Made by a program: the position numbers and the translations under genes. Positions 62,890-64,000 of a stretch of 64,000 nucleotides of DNA are shown piece after piece (position 1 is the first letter of the stretch; the number at the start of each line of letters is the position of its first letter). The notes under the pieces are model-generated. The model was not told where the DNA came from, did no database searches, and saw only the letters and a list, made by a program, of their open reading frames with translations. The stretch spans positions 340,345 to 404,344 of the forward strand of contig CP129470.1 in the NCBI GenBank assembly GCA_030583685.1. The letters run 5' to 3'. The DNA comes from Candidatus Dojkabacteria bacterium. GTDB lineage: Bacteria; Patescibacteriota; Dojkabacteria; GCA-002793355.

Positions 62890-64000
62890 ATGATCGACTT
62901 CCCCCTCACCGAATTCTCCAGAAAAATTCTTGGTATTAACAGCCGTAATTTAACATATATTCGAAAACTGAATCCTCCAAAATACAAGTATATCGCGGAC
63001 GACAAACTTCTCACCAAAAAAATTCTCGAAAGGAACAAAATCAGAACACCTGAGTTATTCAAGATTATTCGCACAAAAGAACAACTCGAATATATTAACT
63101 GGGCAGCACTGCCAAAAAGTTTCGTCATCAAACCAAATCGAGGGACACATGGTTCAGGAATTATTGTCTTCTATGGAAAGAAAAAAGGGAAACTTGCATG
63201 GATTACTCCAAATATGGAGGTTATTGATGTCGGCACAATCAAACAACATATCATGGATATTATTGACGGTAAGTTTTCAATCGATGGACGGCGAGATATA
63301 GCCTTCTTTGAGGAAAGAGTCTCAAATCATGCAATTTTGAAACCATATGCCTACCGAGGAATCCCCGATATCCGCGTTATTGTCTACAACTCCTTCCCCA
63401 TTATGGCAATGTTACGTCTTCCCACTCGAGAATCTCGGGGTACTGCAAACTTACACGCAGGTGGTATCGGAGTCGGTATAGACATTGGTTCAGGAGTGAC
63501 GACAACTGCTATTCACCGCAAAGGTTTTGATCTGATCGGAGATCGCTACAATTTAATTGAAGAAACCATTGACGAGCCAAAACTCACCTTTAAAGGACTA
63601 AAGATTCCCTATTGGGATAAAATTTTAGAACTTGCAATCAAAAGCCAACAAATTTCTAAGCTTGGTTTTGTTGGTGTCGATATTGTGATTGATAAAGAAA
63701 AAGGGCCTATGATCCTTGAATTAAATGCTCGTCCAGGACTCGCTATTCAACTTGCAAATCAAGAAGGAATGCTCGAGCGAATTACCCAAGTGAAACGATT
63801 CAAACAGAAGAAAACAACAGAGAAATATATCGCAATTGCAAAGAATTTATTTGGAGGTGAAATCGAAGAACAAGTCGAGAATTTGACTGGTCGAGAAATC
63901 ATCGGTCTCGTCGAAAGAGCCAGTGTCTCTCCGTCTCATGAAGTTTACGAACAGTTAAAAAGGTCAACAAAGAAGAATATTCCCTTGCCAAAGGAATCAG
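62890..64000 (+). CDS. RimK-related ATP-grasp amide-bond ligase (alpha-L-glutamate-ligase-like family), 3'-truncated at window edge
   Basis: Hand translation is open to the window end. 'ALPKSFVIKPNRGTHGSGIIVF' is the ATP-grasp P-loop-like strand. 'ANLHAGGIGVGIDIGSGV' and 'LGFVGVDIVIDKEKGPMILELNARPGLAIQLAN' are hallmarks of RimK-type ligases. A further ~60 aa of non-ATP-grasp sequence continues past nt 64000. Confidence 0.6.
   Translation, partial: MIDFPLTEFSRKILGINSRNLTYIRKLNPPKYKYIADDKLLTKKILERNKIRTPELFKIIRTKEQLEYINWAALPKSFVIKPNRGTHGSGIIVFYGKKKGKLAWITPNMEVIDVGTIKQHIMDIIDGKFSIDGRRDIAFFEERVSNHAILKPYAYRGIPDIRVIVYNSFPIMAMLRLPTRESRGTANLHAGGIGVGIDIGSGVTTTAIHRKGFDLIGDRYNLIEETIDEPKLTFKGLKIPYWDKILELAIKSQQISKLGFVGVDIVIDKEKGPMILELNARPGLAIQLANQEGMLERITQVKRFKQKKTTEKYIAIAKNLFGGEIEEQVENLTGREIIGLVERASVSPSHEVYEQLKRSTKKNIPLPKES

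Overview
This 64-kb window reads like a streamlined, AT-rich bacterial genome with weak Shine-Dalgarno usage and the standard genetic code. TGA acts as a stop codon in long conserved genes such as dnaE and dnaX. The gene content (FemAB-like protein, single-gene ribosomal islands, giant surface proteins) fits a CPR/Patescibacteria-like organism, but that lineage call is inference only.

The housekeeping backbone is well supported:
- A tightly packed minus-strand replication cluster, dnaX-dnaE-(75-bp gap with two DnaA boxes)-dnaA-transglutaminase-like gene.
- rpsT and a CCA-adding enzyme gene, arranged divergently.
- An isolated rplJ-rplL pair, without rplKA upstream or rpoBC downstream.
- A cell-envelope island holding GT2, GT4, mreB, a PEGA-domain protein, a FemAB-like protein and a methyltransferase.
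- ybaB-recR, and rnpA-yidD-yidC with the rnpA stop and yidD start overlapping as ATGA.
- A split rRNA locus: 16S-tRNA-Ile(GAT)-tRNA-Ala(TGC)-23S on the minus strand, with the 5S gene 4.6 kb further downstream behind its own near-consensus promoter.
- Three further tRNAs, Lys-CTT, Arg-TCT, and the two spacer tRNAs, none with an encoded CCA.

The most striking content is two giant minus-strand ORFs of 3712 aa (11.1 kb) and 4043 aa (12.1 kb) that bracket the rRNA locus and together make up about 36% of the window. Both are signal-anchored, carry LamG/concanavalin-like domains and are dominated by Gly/Asn-rich beta-helix-type repeats.
- Giant 1 holds about five tandem copies of a roughly 1.04-kb unit. 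It ends in a polytopic membrane anchor interleaved with carboxypeptidase-regulatory-like beta-sandwich domains, and an upstream membrane-protein gene overlaps its start.
- Giant 2 holds a six-blade Cys-pair repeat ('YRCDxxTGCDxxGDWT'), YadA-head/Hep_Hag-like 'NTAxGxxAL' repeats and phage-tail-fibre-like modules.

At the right edge a polytopic membrane protein is followed 4 nt later by a RimK-related ATP-grasp ligase gene. This looks like a predicted peptide-ligase modification system. A CYTH-domain gene sits between tRNA-Arg and this pair. A small cytochrome-b5-like membrane protein lies in the replication cluster.

No transposase, integrase, CRISPR array or reverse transcriptase was found.
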